Shown here piece by piece: positions 34,681-49,777 of a stretch of 64,000 nt of DNA. Location: positions 1,888,001 to 1,952,000 of the forward strand of contig CAWFSF010000006.1 in NCBI GenBank assembly GCA_963818475.1, given 5' to 3'. A program made the position numbers and the translations under genes. The notes beneath the pieces were generated by a model that saw only the letters and a program-made list of their open reading frames with translations, did no database searches and had not been told where the DNA came from. How positions within the stretch are numbered: position 1 is the first letter of the stretch; each line of letters opens with the position of its first letter. This DNA comes from Nitrospirota bacterium (GTDB lineage Bacteria; Nitrospirota; UBA9217).

Positions 34681-34797
34681 CACCCCACGAGCATTGGACT
34701 GAATTTATTCTCGAAAACTCTACTACAAGTGGCTGCAATTGTCCAGAAAAGAGACGTTGGGTGAGAAGAAAGATGAAAGAGGAGAGCACGCTGAGAC

Positions 34798-34841
34798 TTT
34801 TCCAGAAGTGCGACGGGAAAGCTGTTGAAATTATTTGAGCA
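34798..34841. repeat. Direct copy of the treY 3' end
   Basis: 27 bp identical to 35363-35389, extending further with mismatches. Confidence 0.8.
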
Positions 34842-34964
34842 ATGTTCGCGTCGCCCGGCAGCCCGGTCGACGAAACACACTTGACACGAAACACACTTGC
34901 CACTTGTTTTTTTTATCCAGACCATATAATATAAATACATGCTACAGGAAGGGGGTGCGCTCAG

Positions 34965-35198
34965 GTGGGACATAAAGTGGCGGAAGCAATAATAGAAAAT
35001 GGGGAAATAACGTACGTGGATACCGAATTGCCCAAGGGCAAGATCACGGTCCGCATAATTTACGACACCGATGAGCAAAATGAGGAAACGGACGTGATGA
35101 CGCTCGTACGAGAAACAGCGGGGCTATACAAGAACATCGACGCGGACAGGGAAGCATCAAAGCTGAGAAATGATTGGGATCGTAATGACCGAAACTGA
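34965..35198 (+). CDS. Putative antitoxin (AF2212/DUF104-like)
   Basis: Starts with AEAIIENG; overlaps a PIN-like ORF. Confidence 0.55.
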   Translation: MGHKVAEAIIENGEITYVDTELPKGKITVRIIYDTDEQNEETDVMTLVRETAGLYKNIDADREASKLRNDWDRNDRN

Positions 35199-35313
35199 CT
35201 ATCTGCTTGACACAAATATCCTCATTTACCATACCCAGGGATCACCTCAGGCAACAGCCCTTATCACCGACCTTCTTTCCCGCCGCTCTCTCAATCTCTC
35301 CGGATCAAAATAA
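35185..35313 (+). pseudogene. Truncated PIN/VapC toxin
   Basis: MTETDYLLDTNILIY followed by a stop after about 42 codons. Confidence 0.6.
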
Positions 35314-35349
35314 TGCCAAGAAGTGCTTTTCCCAGGAGATATTATTACG

Positions 35350-38327
35350 TCATACAGGAGTTTTTTCCAGAAGTGCGACGGGAAAGCTGCTGAATATATT
35401 TGAGCACAGTATGCCCTTTTCATCGCCCTCCGCATTCGTTGCAACGATTTCTCCGGTAAACACGTTCCGGTAGGATTCTCCTTGAACAGCTTCGGGCAGC
35501 ATGAGCATCGTATCCTCCCAAACCCCTTTGCCGAAGTGCGCTGCTCCGGCCCCCGGAATAAGATGGGTCATGAACCTCGGCACAACGACGATCGTCGACC
35601 CGCCGTTCCTTCGCCGCATAAAAGCGCAGACACATTCGGATTTAGGCCCTTTGGCGGCCAGTGGTAGATACTCGCCCTGGTCGTACAGCCCCCGATTGAC
35701 CCGCCGATGCGTCAGCGCTTTTTGAATAACGTATAATTTTATGCGGCCATCAACGGCGTTTTGTGTCAGTTCCCACGCAAGGGCCGCGCCGGTCATCTCC
35801 CGTTCTTCCCGCTTCAGCTCCTCAAAGATGCTGATCCGTTGTTCAAAATCCACGGGTCTGCGGTTGTCGGGGTCCACGAGGCTGAAATCCCACAGCTCAG
35901 TCCCCTGGTAGAAATCAGGAACGCCGGGTGAGCATATCTTGAGCAGCGTCTGGGACAGGGAGTTGTATCTCCCATAGTGGGAGATCATCTGCTGAAACGG
36001 CAGAAAGTCGTTCTGAAATCGATTTCCTTCCACGGGTGCGAGCAAGGCATGGACAAAAGAGACAAGCGCTTCCTCGTATTTTTCATTCGGGCTGATCCAA
36101 CTGGTGTGCACCTTTGATTCGCGGGAAGCCTTGAGCATATAGTCAGTGATCCGTCCGGTGAAGGCAGCACGGCCATGCTCGTCCATCTGGTTTACCGGCC
36201 AGGCGCCGATGAGCGTCTGGTACAAGAGGTACTCCTCGTTCCGGTCCGGCGCTTCAACGCCGTCTATTACGGTCTTTTTCTTTTTGTTCATCCGCGCCCA
36301 AACCCGAATGCGTTCTCCCCATACGCGGGGGATCTCCGACAAGACGTTTATCCGGGCGCGAACATCCTCGCCCCGCTTCGTGTCGTGTGTAGCGGTCGTT
36401 ATGAGCGCATGCGGCCAGTTTTTTTCGCGCTCAATGTTTTGGCCATGAAAAGTTTCCAGTGGCGTGCCGAATCGCTCCGGCATACCGCCCACCTCGTTAA
36501 GAGAAACAAGCCGGTTATACACATAGAAGGCCGTGTCCTCGACGCCTTTTGCCATAACCGGCCCGGTGATCTGCTGGAACCGCATCACGAAGTCGAGCCA
36601 TGCGGCCTTATCTTCATTTTTCTGCTCGCCCGGAAACCGGAGCAGCAGTACATCCTTCAGAAAATCAAAGATCGATCCGCTAATGGCCGGATTCTTTTTT
36701 TTCGCCCGCGCGATTGAATGCTCGATCACCTGGCGGTCTCTATCCGAAACGGTCCAGGTATTCGTGTACGTTCGATAGACGGGAAAGCAGGCAATCACCT
36801 CGGTAATGGCGCTGCTCAGACTGTTCAGGGTGAAGTCCCTTGTGTGGCGGTTCCTCTCCGAAAGGTCGTTCAAATAATGTCCCAGGGTATTTACTTCGCT
36901 CGCCATGGCCACCTGCATGACGAGTTTCTTCTTCTCGTACATCACTTCGGGAACGTGCAATTTTCGCACGAATGAATTTTTCATAGATCCGGTCAAAGGC
37001 CTTTGTCCTTTCGCCATCAACGAAAATTCCGTTCAAGGAATTGAGGAACACATAGCCTGTGGTGCTGAAGATCGGCCAGTCCTCGGGCATGCGTTCGCTC
37101 TTCGTCAGGATCTTCTCACCAACGATGTAAAAGGGCCGGTAGGCAGGATCGGCAAGGACCACCTCATCGTACCGCTCACCGAGTTCGCGCTCTGTTTCAG
37201 GTGCTGCTTCGCCAGGTCCAACCATCTGCCTGATGAAGCAGCCGCGCTGGAGCCGGTGAAAATATTCCACGGGATTAAAGAGTCCGTCCGGGTGGTCCAC
37301 CCTCAGTCCCGTCACGCTGCTGTCGCCGATCAGCCGAAAAATAAGCTGGTGGGCAGCATGGAAGACGTCGTACTGCTCCATACGTATGGCGCCCAAGCCG
37401 TTGATGTCGAAGAACCTGCGATAGTTGATCTCCTCCGTGGCCACGCGCCAGTGGGAAAGGCGGAAAATCTGTTCGCCAAGCAAGCGGTCGAGAAGATCAA
37501 AGCTCCGGGGATCTCCCTTGTTCCCGTTCAGGAGCCGGACGTTCTCGGTGATGTGCTCCATGACCTTGCCGGACAGTTTCGCGAGAGCAGATAGCCGGCG
37601 TTTGATCACTTCTTTTTCCCGACGACGTTCCTCGGCCTTCGCGGGATCGGTTTCCGTATACGGACGGCAGGTTTTTGAGCGCGGTGACGATGCTTAGATA
37701 CTCTTCATAATTCTGACCTTCATCTGCCATACTTTGCATCAACTCCTCGATCCGATGTTCGAGGAGTATTGAATACGTCTGAGGACTCAGCGGGAACCGG
37801 TGATCAACATAAGAGATGTAAAATGCCCCTTCGGTGAACGAAAGCGTCAATTCCCCGTTTTCGAGGACATCGCCGTACTGATCCCCAAGCACTGGAAAGA
37901 GCACCTTCTGGTTAAGTTCTTTTTTTACCGGCGTCCAGTCGATATCGAAGTAAGAGGCATAGGGAGAGCTCGGACCATTCTCGAGCACGTCCATCCACCA
38001 GGCGTTGTCCGTACATTCGACGCACATATGATTCGGCACGATATCGAGTACCTGTCCCATGCCATGGCGTTTCAGCTCGGCGATCATTGCGTAATAATCT
38101 TCTTCGGTTCCAACCTCGGGATTGAACAAATTGTGGTCTGTTATATCATAGCCGTGCAGACTCCCCGGTTTTGCCGCAAAGTAAGGCGAGGCATAGATGT
38201 CCGTGATGCCGAGATCGTGAAGGTACGCAATGATCCTCGTTGCGTCGCGAAACGTGAACGACCGGTTGAACTGGAGCCGGTAGGTCGAGCCGGGAATTTT
38301 GGGATCAGGAAGATGGACGATATCCAT
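35350..38327 (-). CDS. treY: Malto-oligosyltrehalose synthase (2 frameshifts)
   Basis: Motifs STYRLQF, DIVPNHM, NYRRFFDI, GLRVDHPDGL, THDTKRGED and LVDPDNRRPVD. Confidence 0.92.
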
Positions 38328-38341
38328 TCCATTCCTTTCAT

Positions 38342-38505
38342 CCTTAAAAAAGCATTTGGACACGGATTAACACGGATAAGTGCCGGATAACGGCGGATTA
38401 TTTCTTTTATAAGAGGTTCACCCAATAGGTGAATGCTTTGCTTTAGAATTTATCCGCGTTAATCAGATGTTTCCGATTCTTCCGTGTCCAACTGCCGTTT
38501 TTAGG
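38342..38505. mobile_element. MITE-like element with terminal inverted repeats and 9-bp-periodic arms
   Basis: Ends CCTTAAAAAAGCATTTGGA and TCCAACTGCCGTTTTTAGG; related ends at 51790-51953. Confidence 0.55.
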
Positions 38506-38647
38506 TTCATGGTAAACGATCGTAACTGCCCAGGTTGGCCGCAAAAGAACGCAAAGAACTCAAAGGAAAACCCAAAATCGTGTATTTCAGTTTTAAATTC
38601 TGTGCGTTCCTTGCGTTCTTTCGCGGCTATTCGGTTTTGCCCTCGCG

Positions 38648-41156
38648 TTACGCATTTCCCGTTGTGGACTGAGCCGGCGGGTTCAAATGCGCCACGGAGG
38701 ACGGCGCTTCTCGCTTTTTCAGCACCTCGCCGACATTGAAGGAGAGCTGCTCACCCAGGTTGGTGAAGCTCTCAACCCATACGTGCGCAGCATCGTCGCC
38801 GGCGGACGCGCGGGTGGCGAATTCGGTATATGCCGTTTTCGTCATTCTGAAGTACGTATTCTGGACCTGCCAGTACACCACGTCGACAGGCACGGTTTGC
38901 AGAAGCACCATCGCTTCCGCAAGCTCGCGGAGAAGGCCTGCGTCCCCGGGATTTCCCTCGAGACGGTCCATCACTCCGCTCCATGTGGCGCCTGACGACA
39001 AATTCAGTGTTCACGGGGTCCGCGGCCACGTCCCAGCGTTTCATCTCGTCGGCGATCGTCTTGAGGCGCTCCAGGTTTACCGTCTCCTCCGCAAACGCCT
39101 TCTGCATGTCCGTGTTCAGAATGAATTCGGCGACAGCGAGGAAGGCCTTCGGCAGAGGCATACCCGTCTCCCGGAGGAATCCCATGAGCGCCCGGCTGTC
39201 GTCGTACATGCGGCGGTAGGACGTTTCGAAATCCTCCCGCGTGCTGTCGATAAGCAGGTTCAGCACCTTCCGCTGTTTATCCCGGAAGAGGTCGCGGATC
39301 GAGTAGTTGTTCACGCCGAAATGCTTGTCCATCAGCCTGACAACGTCCGCAAAGTCGCCGGATTCGAATGCTGCGCCGATCTCCTGTTTCATGGCCTGGT
39401 ACGACTCGTCTCCCTGAAACGCACCCACGCCGCAATTCAGCGAGTGATTGCCGAGATGGAGGACCGCAAAACTGACGCGCTCGGATTTTTTCGTGATGCC
39501 CGAAATGACGGAAGCACGACCGACAGCCAGCTTCGTCCTCCCTGCGTCCGTCCTCTGATAATCCTCCCGCAGGACATCGTAACAGTAAATGGCCGTGCGG
39601 TCGCCGTAGTCCTCGAACAGGGAGCTCACGGCATAGTGGACTGCCGTTTTCATGAGGTCTACCATCACGGGCCTGACGAACTTCTCGTATACCCTCGCAC
39701 CGTCCCCATGGTCAGTAACATTGCTCTTCGCTTCCTTGAGAACATCGAGAAAGCCCGGTTCCAGGTTCTCGCCCGAAAGGCCTTCCCAGAGCTGGATCGA
39801 CCGGGCCGCGTATTGCATGACCTGGACGGTCTCGATGCCCGAAAGCTCGTCGAAGAACCATCCGCAACTCGTGTACATGAGCAGGGCGTGGCGCTGGAGC
39901 TCGAGCAGCCTGAGCGCCTTCGACCGCTCTTCCTCGCCGAGCTCCCGCACGGCGTGACGCTTGAAGAACGCGTCCACGTTCCCCTCCGACCGGTCGAGGA
40001 CCACCTCGATGTATTCGTCCCGCGCGAGCCAGGGGTCCTTCAGGTACCGCCTCCCCTCTTCCTCGAACCGGATCGCGAGGTCGTCCCGGAGCCGGTCCAG
40101 CGCCAGGCGCAGCGGCGCCCGCCACTCCTGGTTCCAGCCGGGATGGCCGCCGGAGTTGCAGCCGCAGTTGCTTTTCCAGCGCTCGATGCCGTGGACGCAG
40201 CTCCATGACGTGTTCTCGATGATCTCCGCCTCGTGGTCGGGCGGGTGCTTGGCGAGATACTCGCCGTAATTCGTGAGCTTCGCGAGGCCGCCGGTTTCGA
40301 TGTGGTGAAGGGCGTAGGCGAGGGCCATGTCGCCGAACTTCTGGTGGTGCCCGTAGGTTTCTCCGTCGGTTGCGATGTGAAGGAGCTGGGGCCATTGTCT
40401 CTCGTCGGAAAATCCTCCCATGAGACGGCCCGCAAAGTCCTCTCCCTGGGTGAGCAGCCGTTCGAACGCCACGGCACGGGAGATCGGGCCGTCATAGAAG
40501 AACAGGACGATCTCCTTGCCGGACGCCAGCCTGCACAGATAGGGCCGTGTAGGGTCGACGGTCGCGCCGCTTACGTCCTCCCACTCTTCACTGCCAACCG
40601 CCCGTATGCGTGAAGCCTGATGGGGCGCGAGGATGGTGAATTTTATCCCGGCCTCGGCAAGAATATTCAGCGTCTCCAGGTCCACCGCAGTCTCGGGCAG
40701 CCACATACCTTCGGGAGCGCGCTGGAACCGTCGCTCGAAGTCCCTGATTCCCCAAAGGACCTGGGTCTTCTTGTCGCGGCCGTTCGCAAGCGGCATGATG
40801 ACGTGATTGTACGCCTGGGCGATGGCGCTGCCGTGGCCCGAAAACCGCTCCCTGCTCTGCCGGTCCGCTTCGAGTATTGCCTGGTACGCATCGGGCGCCG
40901 CGCTCTCCATCCACGACAGGAGCGTGGGGCCGTAGTTAAAGCTGATCTTCGCGTAATTGCTCGAAATGTCGATGATCCGCTGGTCCCCGTCCAGGAGCCG
41001 CGCAGCCGAGTTCGGGGCGTAACATTCCGCCGTGATGCGCTCGTTCCAGTTGTGGTACGGGTGGGCCGAGTCCTGGATCTCGATCGCCTCAAGCCAGGGG
41101 TTTTCACGCGGCGGCTGGTAGAAGTGGCCGTGGATGCAGATATATCGTTCCATCAT
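38648..41156 (-). CDS. GH57 glycoside hydrolase with DUF3536 (frameshift near 38980)
   Basis: Motifs HGHFYQPPRENPW, WLPETAV, ATDGETYGHH and WSCVHG. Confidence 0.9.
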
Positions 41157-41194
41157 TTTTCCTTCCCAGCGGAATAGACCGCAATGTCAAAAAC

Positions 41195-41625
41195 TTGTTT
41201 TCTCCCCCCATACCCACCTGTGCAGTTTGTCACCTTTCTTGCGTGCCCAAGAAAGGTGACCCAAAGAAGGGCACCCGGCGAAAATTCTTAACGCCATGCT
41301 CGGTCGTCCTCGGTACATTTCGGAAACTCGCCCTTCGGGCTCAGACAGTCCGAAATGCTTCACCCTCGGACTCGGTCGCCTGGCTAAATTTTCTTATGGG
41401 ACTGCTCTTAAGTCTTTACCCAAACCCCCGCACGTCCCCGGAGCGGACCTACGAAATTTTGGGGCACACGTCTTGGCCTAAGGAAGCGTCCCGCAGGGCG
41501 AACGCGCACTGTCTGAGGCCGCAGGCCGAGTTTGCGCGGTCGAGCGAACGTGGCCTTAGACGGGTCCAAAATTTCGCCTGCACTCTGCGAGTGTTAAGGC
41601 CGCGAAGGGGATGTGCAAACAACCC
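41195..41625. repeat. Highly structured non-coding intergenic element
   Basis: Hairpin GTCACCTTTCTTG..CAAGAAAGGTGAC; inverted motif pair AAACTCG-hairpin-CTCAGACAGT at 41324 and 41508. Confidence 0.6.
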
Positions 41626-41656
41626 CTTCATTCTTGAGACAGCACCGAATAGACCG

Positions 41657-43474
41657 CTATGCTGTGACCGCGCAGGTGGTGACCGCATCGCCATTCCCAA
41701 GCCTCCCGGGAAGTATTGCGCCGGGACCTTCCCACATGCCGTCGCCGGAGTCCAGGATCTTTTCCCACGGCCCTTCAGGGAGCGTTGCCTGGAACGAGAC
41801 GTCGCTGGCCATGAAGTTGAGCAGTACGCATACACGGCTTTTTCCGTCACCGCTCCTCCGCAGCATGGTCAGGACCTTCTCCGCCGCGCAGTCCCGGACC
41901 TCGGTCCGTTCCCGTTCGAGCTCGAAGAGCGCGGGCGTTCCCGTTCGCAGGGCTATAAGCTGCTTGTAGAATCGCAACAGCGTTCCATGGCTGCCTTTTG
42001 TCCGCTCTTCCCAATGAAGCTCCGATGCGAGGAAGGTCCCTTCGTCCTGGGGGTCAGGCGGCTCGCCCTCCCATCCGAAGGCCCTGAACTTCTCTTTTCT
42101 GCCCTTGCGCACCGCCTCGATCAAACCTGGATCTGCATGGCTGACGAAATAGAGAAACGGCGCCGTTTCCCCGTATTCCTCTCCCATGAACAGAAGCGGC
42201 AGATAAGGCGAGAGGATCACGCAGCCTGCCGCCAGTTTCAGCGCTTCGAAGGACACGAGGCTCGACAGCCGCTCTCCTTGCATACGGTTTCCCACCTGGT
42301 CGTGGTTCTGTGAAAATACGACGAACTGCCGGGCAGGCCGGTCTTTCGAGGAACTGCCGTGCCTCCGCTTCCGAAAGGGAGAATACTGGCCCGAGTAGAC
42401 AAATCCGTCGCGATAGGCCTTTTCCATCTGATCGATCGTGCCGAAATCCTCGTAATATCCGCTCTTCTCACCCGTGAGCAGCGTACGGAGGCAGTGATGA
42501 AAGTCATCGTTCCACTGGGCATCGAGTCCGTGGCCGCCGAGTTCAACAGGACTTATGACCCGTACGTCGTTCAGATCGCTCTCGGGGATCACGTAGATGT
42601 GCCTGCCGAGTTCTCCTGCCCGCGCATGCACCGCCTCTCCCAGTTCCCGGAGAACATGCTTTGCGCTGAAATCGAAGATGCCATGGATGGCGTCGATCCT
42701 GAGGGCGTCCAGGTGATAGTCCGTGACCCATGACAGGGCATTCTGAATGAAAAAGTTCCTCACCTCGTCGCTGTATGGCCCGTCGAAGTTGATCGCATCA
42801 CCCCAGGGCGTTTTATACCTGTCGGTAAAATAGGGACCATAGTCCCAGAGATAGTTCCCTTCCGGTCCCAGGTGGTTGTAGACCACATCGAGGATCACGG
42901 CCATGCCCCGCTTATGGCATGCGTCCACGAGACGTTTCAGGCCCTCCGGGCCGCCGTAGGAATTCTGCACTGCGAAGGGATAGACGCCGTCGTAACCCCA
43001 GTTCCGCACTCCGGGGAATTGGGCCACGGGCATGAGTTCCACTGCCGTGATCCCAAGCTCCCTGAGCGCGTCGAGACGCGGGATGATTGCTTCGAACGTT
43101 CCCTCGCGTGTGAACGTTCCCGTGTGAAGCTCGTACATGATCATCGACGAAAGCGCGAGGCCGTTCCACCCTTTATCCGTCCAGCTGAACGCGGTATGGT
43201 CCACCACTTCCGACGGCCCGTGCACCCCCGCGGGCTGGTATCGTGAGGCGGGGTCAGGCCGATCCCGGTCGTTTTCCAGACGAAAGACATACCGCGCACC
43301 AGGCCCGATTCCCTGCACCATCGCCTTCCAGTAGCCCTCTGCATCGCGGGCCATCGGGACGATCTGATCAGCAGGAGCAATGATCTTCACCTCCACACGC
43401 TCGCGCAACGGTGCCCAGACGCGGAAGATGCAGGCCCCGGTCCTGCGGTCATACATGGCGCCAATCCCCTTCAT
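41657..43474 (-). CDS. treZ: Malto-oligosyltrehalose trehalohydrolase
   Basis: Motifs FRVWAP, WGYDGV, DVVYNHLGPEGNY, QWNDDFHH and QNHDQVGNR. Confidence 0.93.
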   Translation of the reverse strand: MKGIGAMYDRRTGACIFRVWAPLRERVEVKIIAPADQIVPMARDAEGYWKAMVQGIGPGARYVFRLENDRDRPDPASRYQPAGVHGPSEVVDHTAFSWTDKGWNGLALSSMIMYELHTGTFTREGTFEAIIPRLDALRELGITAVELMPVAQFPGVRNWGYDGVYPFAVQNSYGGPEGLKRLVDACHKRGMAVILDVVYNHLGPEGNYLWDYGPYFTDRYKTPWGDAINFDGPYSDEVRNFFIQNALSWVTDYHLDALRIDAIHGIFDFSAKHVLRELGEAVHARAGELGRHIYVIPESDLNDVRVISPVELGGHGLDAQWNDDFHHCLRTLLTGEKSGYYEDFGTIDQMEKAYRDGFVYSGQYSPFRKRRHGSSSKDRPARQFVVFSQNHDQVGNRMQGERLSSLVSFEALKLAAGCVILSPYLPLLFMGEEYGETAPFLYFVSHADPGLIEAVRKGRKEKFRAFGWEGEPPDPQDEGTFLASELHWEERTKGSHGTLLRFYKQLIALRTGTPALFELERERTEVRDCAAEKVLTMLRRSGDGKSRVCVLLNFMASDVSFQATLPEGPWEKILDSGDGMWEGPGAILPGRLGNGDAVTTCAVTA

Positions 43475-43650
43475 ACTGAACAGGTCCTCTCAATCTTCCG
43501 CCCCGCCTTGGGAACGACCACGATGCCTCCCCGTCGACATGGTACTTACCCTCCCGGCGGTCGCGCTCATGGTCGAAACCGATCGACGAGCCCTCGAGAA
43601 TCACATTAAACTTGCCCACGATCACCCTCTTCAGGCGGCACCCTTTTTTG

Positions 43651-43740
43651 AACCGCGAATGAACGCGAATTCACGCGAACTAAATGAAAGTAATAAGTAC
43701 TGCTTTTTGATTAGCGTTTATTCGCGTACATTCGCGGCTA
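43651..43740. repeat. 9-bp-periodic inverted repeat element
   Basis: Arms CGCGAATGAACGCGAATTCACGCGAA and TTAGCGTTTATTCGCGTACATTCGCG. Confidence 0.7.
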
Positions 43741-43824
43741 AATAAATCCGTGGCTCCCGGCGTATCCGGAATCAGTCCTGCCGTGTCAAAGATATTGAAC
43801 CGGTCTTGTTTTACTGTTCGTAAT

Positions 43825-45808
43825 TTATCCCTGTCTCTTGAACACCACCATTCCGAGCGGCGGGAGGGTGAGCGACAGGGAGTGGTACTTCCCATGGGAC
43901 GGCACCGGCGTGGCCTCCAGACCGCCGAAGTTACCCTGCCCGCTGCCGCCGTACTCCGGCGCGTCGCTGTTCAGCAGTTCTTTCCAGAATCCTCCCGTGG
44001 GAACGCCGACGCGATAGTTGTGGCGCGGCACGGGTGTGAAGTTGCAGGCCACCAGGACCGTATCTTCCGCTCGTTTCCCCTTGCGCAGGAAGGTGATCAC
44101 GCTGTTATCCGCGTCGCTGAAATCCACCCATTCGAACCCTGCGGGATCGAAATCGAGCTCATAGAGCGCCCGCTCGCCGCGGTACAGGATGTTCAGGTGC
44201 TGGACCCACCGCCGGAGCCCCGCGTGCGGCGCATACTCGAGCAGGTTCCAGTCGAGGCTTGTGTCGTGGTTCCATTCACGCCATTGGCCGATCTCGGCGC
44301 CCATGAAGAAGAGCTTCTTGCCCGGGTGCGCGTACAGGTACCCGAAGAGCAGCCGCATGTTCGCGAACTTCTGCCAGTCGTCCCCGGGCATCTTGCCCAT
44401 GAGCGAGCCCTTGCCGTGCACCACTTCGTCGTGGGACAGGGCGAGCATGAAGTTCTCGGTGAACGCGTACCAGATACTGAAGGTGAGCTGACCCTGGTGA
44501 TACCTGCGGTACACCGGCTCGCGGGAGAAGTAGAAGAGCGTGTCGTGCATCCAGCCCATGTTCCACTTCATGCCGAACCCGAGGCCTCCCACAAAGACCG
44601 GCCGCGACACCATGGGCCAAGCCGTGGACTCTTCGGCAATGGTCTGCACGTCCGGGAAGACCCGGTAGACCTCCTCGTTCATTTTGCGCAGCAAGGTGAT
44701 GGCTTCGAGATTCTCCTTCCCGCCGTACTTGTTCGGGATCCACGCGCCCTGCTTTCTGGCGTAATCGAGGTAAAGCATCGAGGCCACGGCATCGATCCTG
44801 AGCCCGTCGGCATGGTAGAGGTCGAACCAGAAGAGCGCGCTGCTCAAGAGGAACGACCGCACCTCGTGCCGGTCATAGTTGAAGATGTAGCTGTTCCAGT
44901 CGGGATGAAAACCTTTGCGCGGGTCCTCATGCTCGTAGAGATGGGTTCCGTCGAAGAATGCCAGGCCGTGCTCGTCGCTCGGAAAGTGCGACGGCACCCA
45001 GTCGAGGATCACGCCGATGCCCTCCTGGTGGAGGCGGTCGATGAGATGCATGAAATCCTGCGGCGTGCCGTAGCGGCTCGTGGGCGCAAAATAGCCCGTC
45101 ACCTGGTATCCCCAGGACCCGAAGAAGGGGTGCTCCATCACGGGCATGAACTGCACATGCGTGAAACCCGTGTCCTTGAGATATCCCGGCAGTTGTTCCG
45201 CCATCTCGCGGTAGCTGAGCGACCGGTTGCCGTCCTCGGGCACCCTGCGCCAGGAGCCGATATGCATCTCGTACACCGACAGGGGCGCGTCCAGGGCGTT
45301 CGCCCGCTTTCGGTTCTTCATCCAGTCCTGGTCGTGCCACGGGTAGGCAAGGTCCCAGACCACCGATGCGCTTCCTGTCTTGTGCGACAGCTCCCACACA
45401 AAAGCGAAGGGATCGCCCTTGTCAACGCTGTATCCGCGTTGATTCGATACAACGTGGTACTTGTAGAGACTGCCGTTCCCGATGCCGGGAATGAAACCCT
45501 CCCAGATGCCTGATCCGTCCCACCGCGATGCAAGTTGATGGGAGGAATTGTTCCAGCCGTTGAAATCGCCCACCACCGAGACCTGTTCGGCATTCGGCGC
45601 CCATACCGCGAACAGCGACGCCCGCCACACCGTCCACGGTCATGAGGTGCGAACCAAGCTTCTCATACAGCCGGGAGTGGCTGCCTTCCTTGAACAAATA
45701 GATATCCTGCTCCGTCAGCAGACTTGCCCCGTGGATGACCGGGGCCTTTGGAGCAGCCTGCGTCGACGGCTTTTTCGGCGCGCTTACCTTCTTTTTCTTT
45801 TTAATCAT
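43825..45808 (-). CDS. glgB: 1,4-alpha-glucan branching enzyme (frameshift near 45620)
   Basis: Motifs SWGYQ, DWVPSHFP, GLRIDAVASM, AEEST and LSHDEVVHGK. Confidence 0.95.
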
Positions 45809-45847
45809 AAATAATCTCCGTTAAAGCAACAAAACAACTGCGGTCAT

Positions 45848-46180
45848 CTCTCGCAGAGGCGCGGAGGCCGCAGAGAAAGTCCAGACTATTAACGATCAAA
45901 ATCAACTTCGATCTCTCGCAAAGCTCGCAAAGGTCGCAAAGAGAATCTAAACGGTGAACATCAAGACAATAACAAAATCAACACCTATCGCTCGCAGAGC
46001 CGCAGAGACGCTGAGAAAAATAAGGCTTCTGTTCCGGTTTCAAAATAAAGCTTAGAATTTTTGCTCTCTCTGCGCCTCCGCGCCTCTGCGAGAGAACGCT
46101 TTGCTTAGCCTTTTTCTGCGTCCTCTGCGAGAAAATGCCCTAGCCGTATCCGCGTTCATCCGCCGTTATCCGCGTCCCCT
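45848..46180. repeat. Nested cluster of 9-bp-periodic inverted repeats
   Basis: Three left arms (about 45850, 45915, 45992) followed by three right arms (about 46066, 46100, 46148). Confidence 0.7.
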
Positions 46181-46202
46181 GCATTTTTCACATCTTTTCC
46201 CC

Positions 46203-49532
<3,330 letters not shown>

Positions 49533-49564
49533 GGTCTTTTATCAGGAACGCTCAAAGCAACGGC

Positions 49565-49762
49565 GTCTCTCGCAAAGCTCGCAAAGGACGCAAAGGAAAT
49601 CTTCACGTCCCGGTTTTTTAAACTATAAAAATAAAAATCAACTGCGAACGGCTGTCTCGCGCAGAGCCGCAGAGACGCTGAGAAAAACAAGGTTTTTGTT
49701 CCGGTTCAAAACAAAGATTAAAATTTTTGCTCTCTCTGCGCCTCCGCGTCTCCGCGGGAAAA
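49565..49762. repeat. Cluster of 9-bp-periodic repeats, a direct homologue of part of 45848-46180
   Basis: Shared sequence CGCAGAGCCGCAGAGACGCTGAGAAAAA...TTTTTGCTCTCTCTGCGCCTCCGCG. Confidence 0.75.
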
Positions 49763-49777
49763 AATCTTTTCGCTGTG

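Noticed and set aside
41195-42313. 372-aa plus-strand ORF
   Set aside because: It spans a structured repeat and the antisense strand of treZ and is not protein-like.
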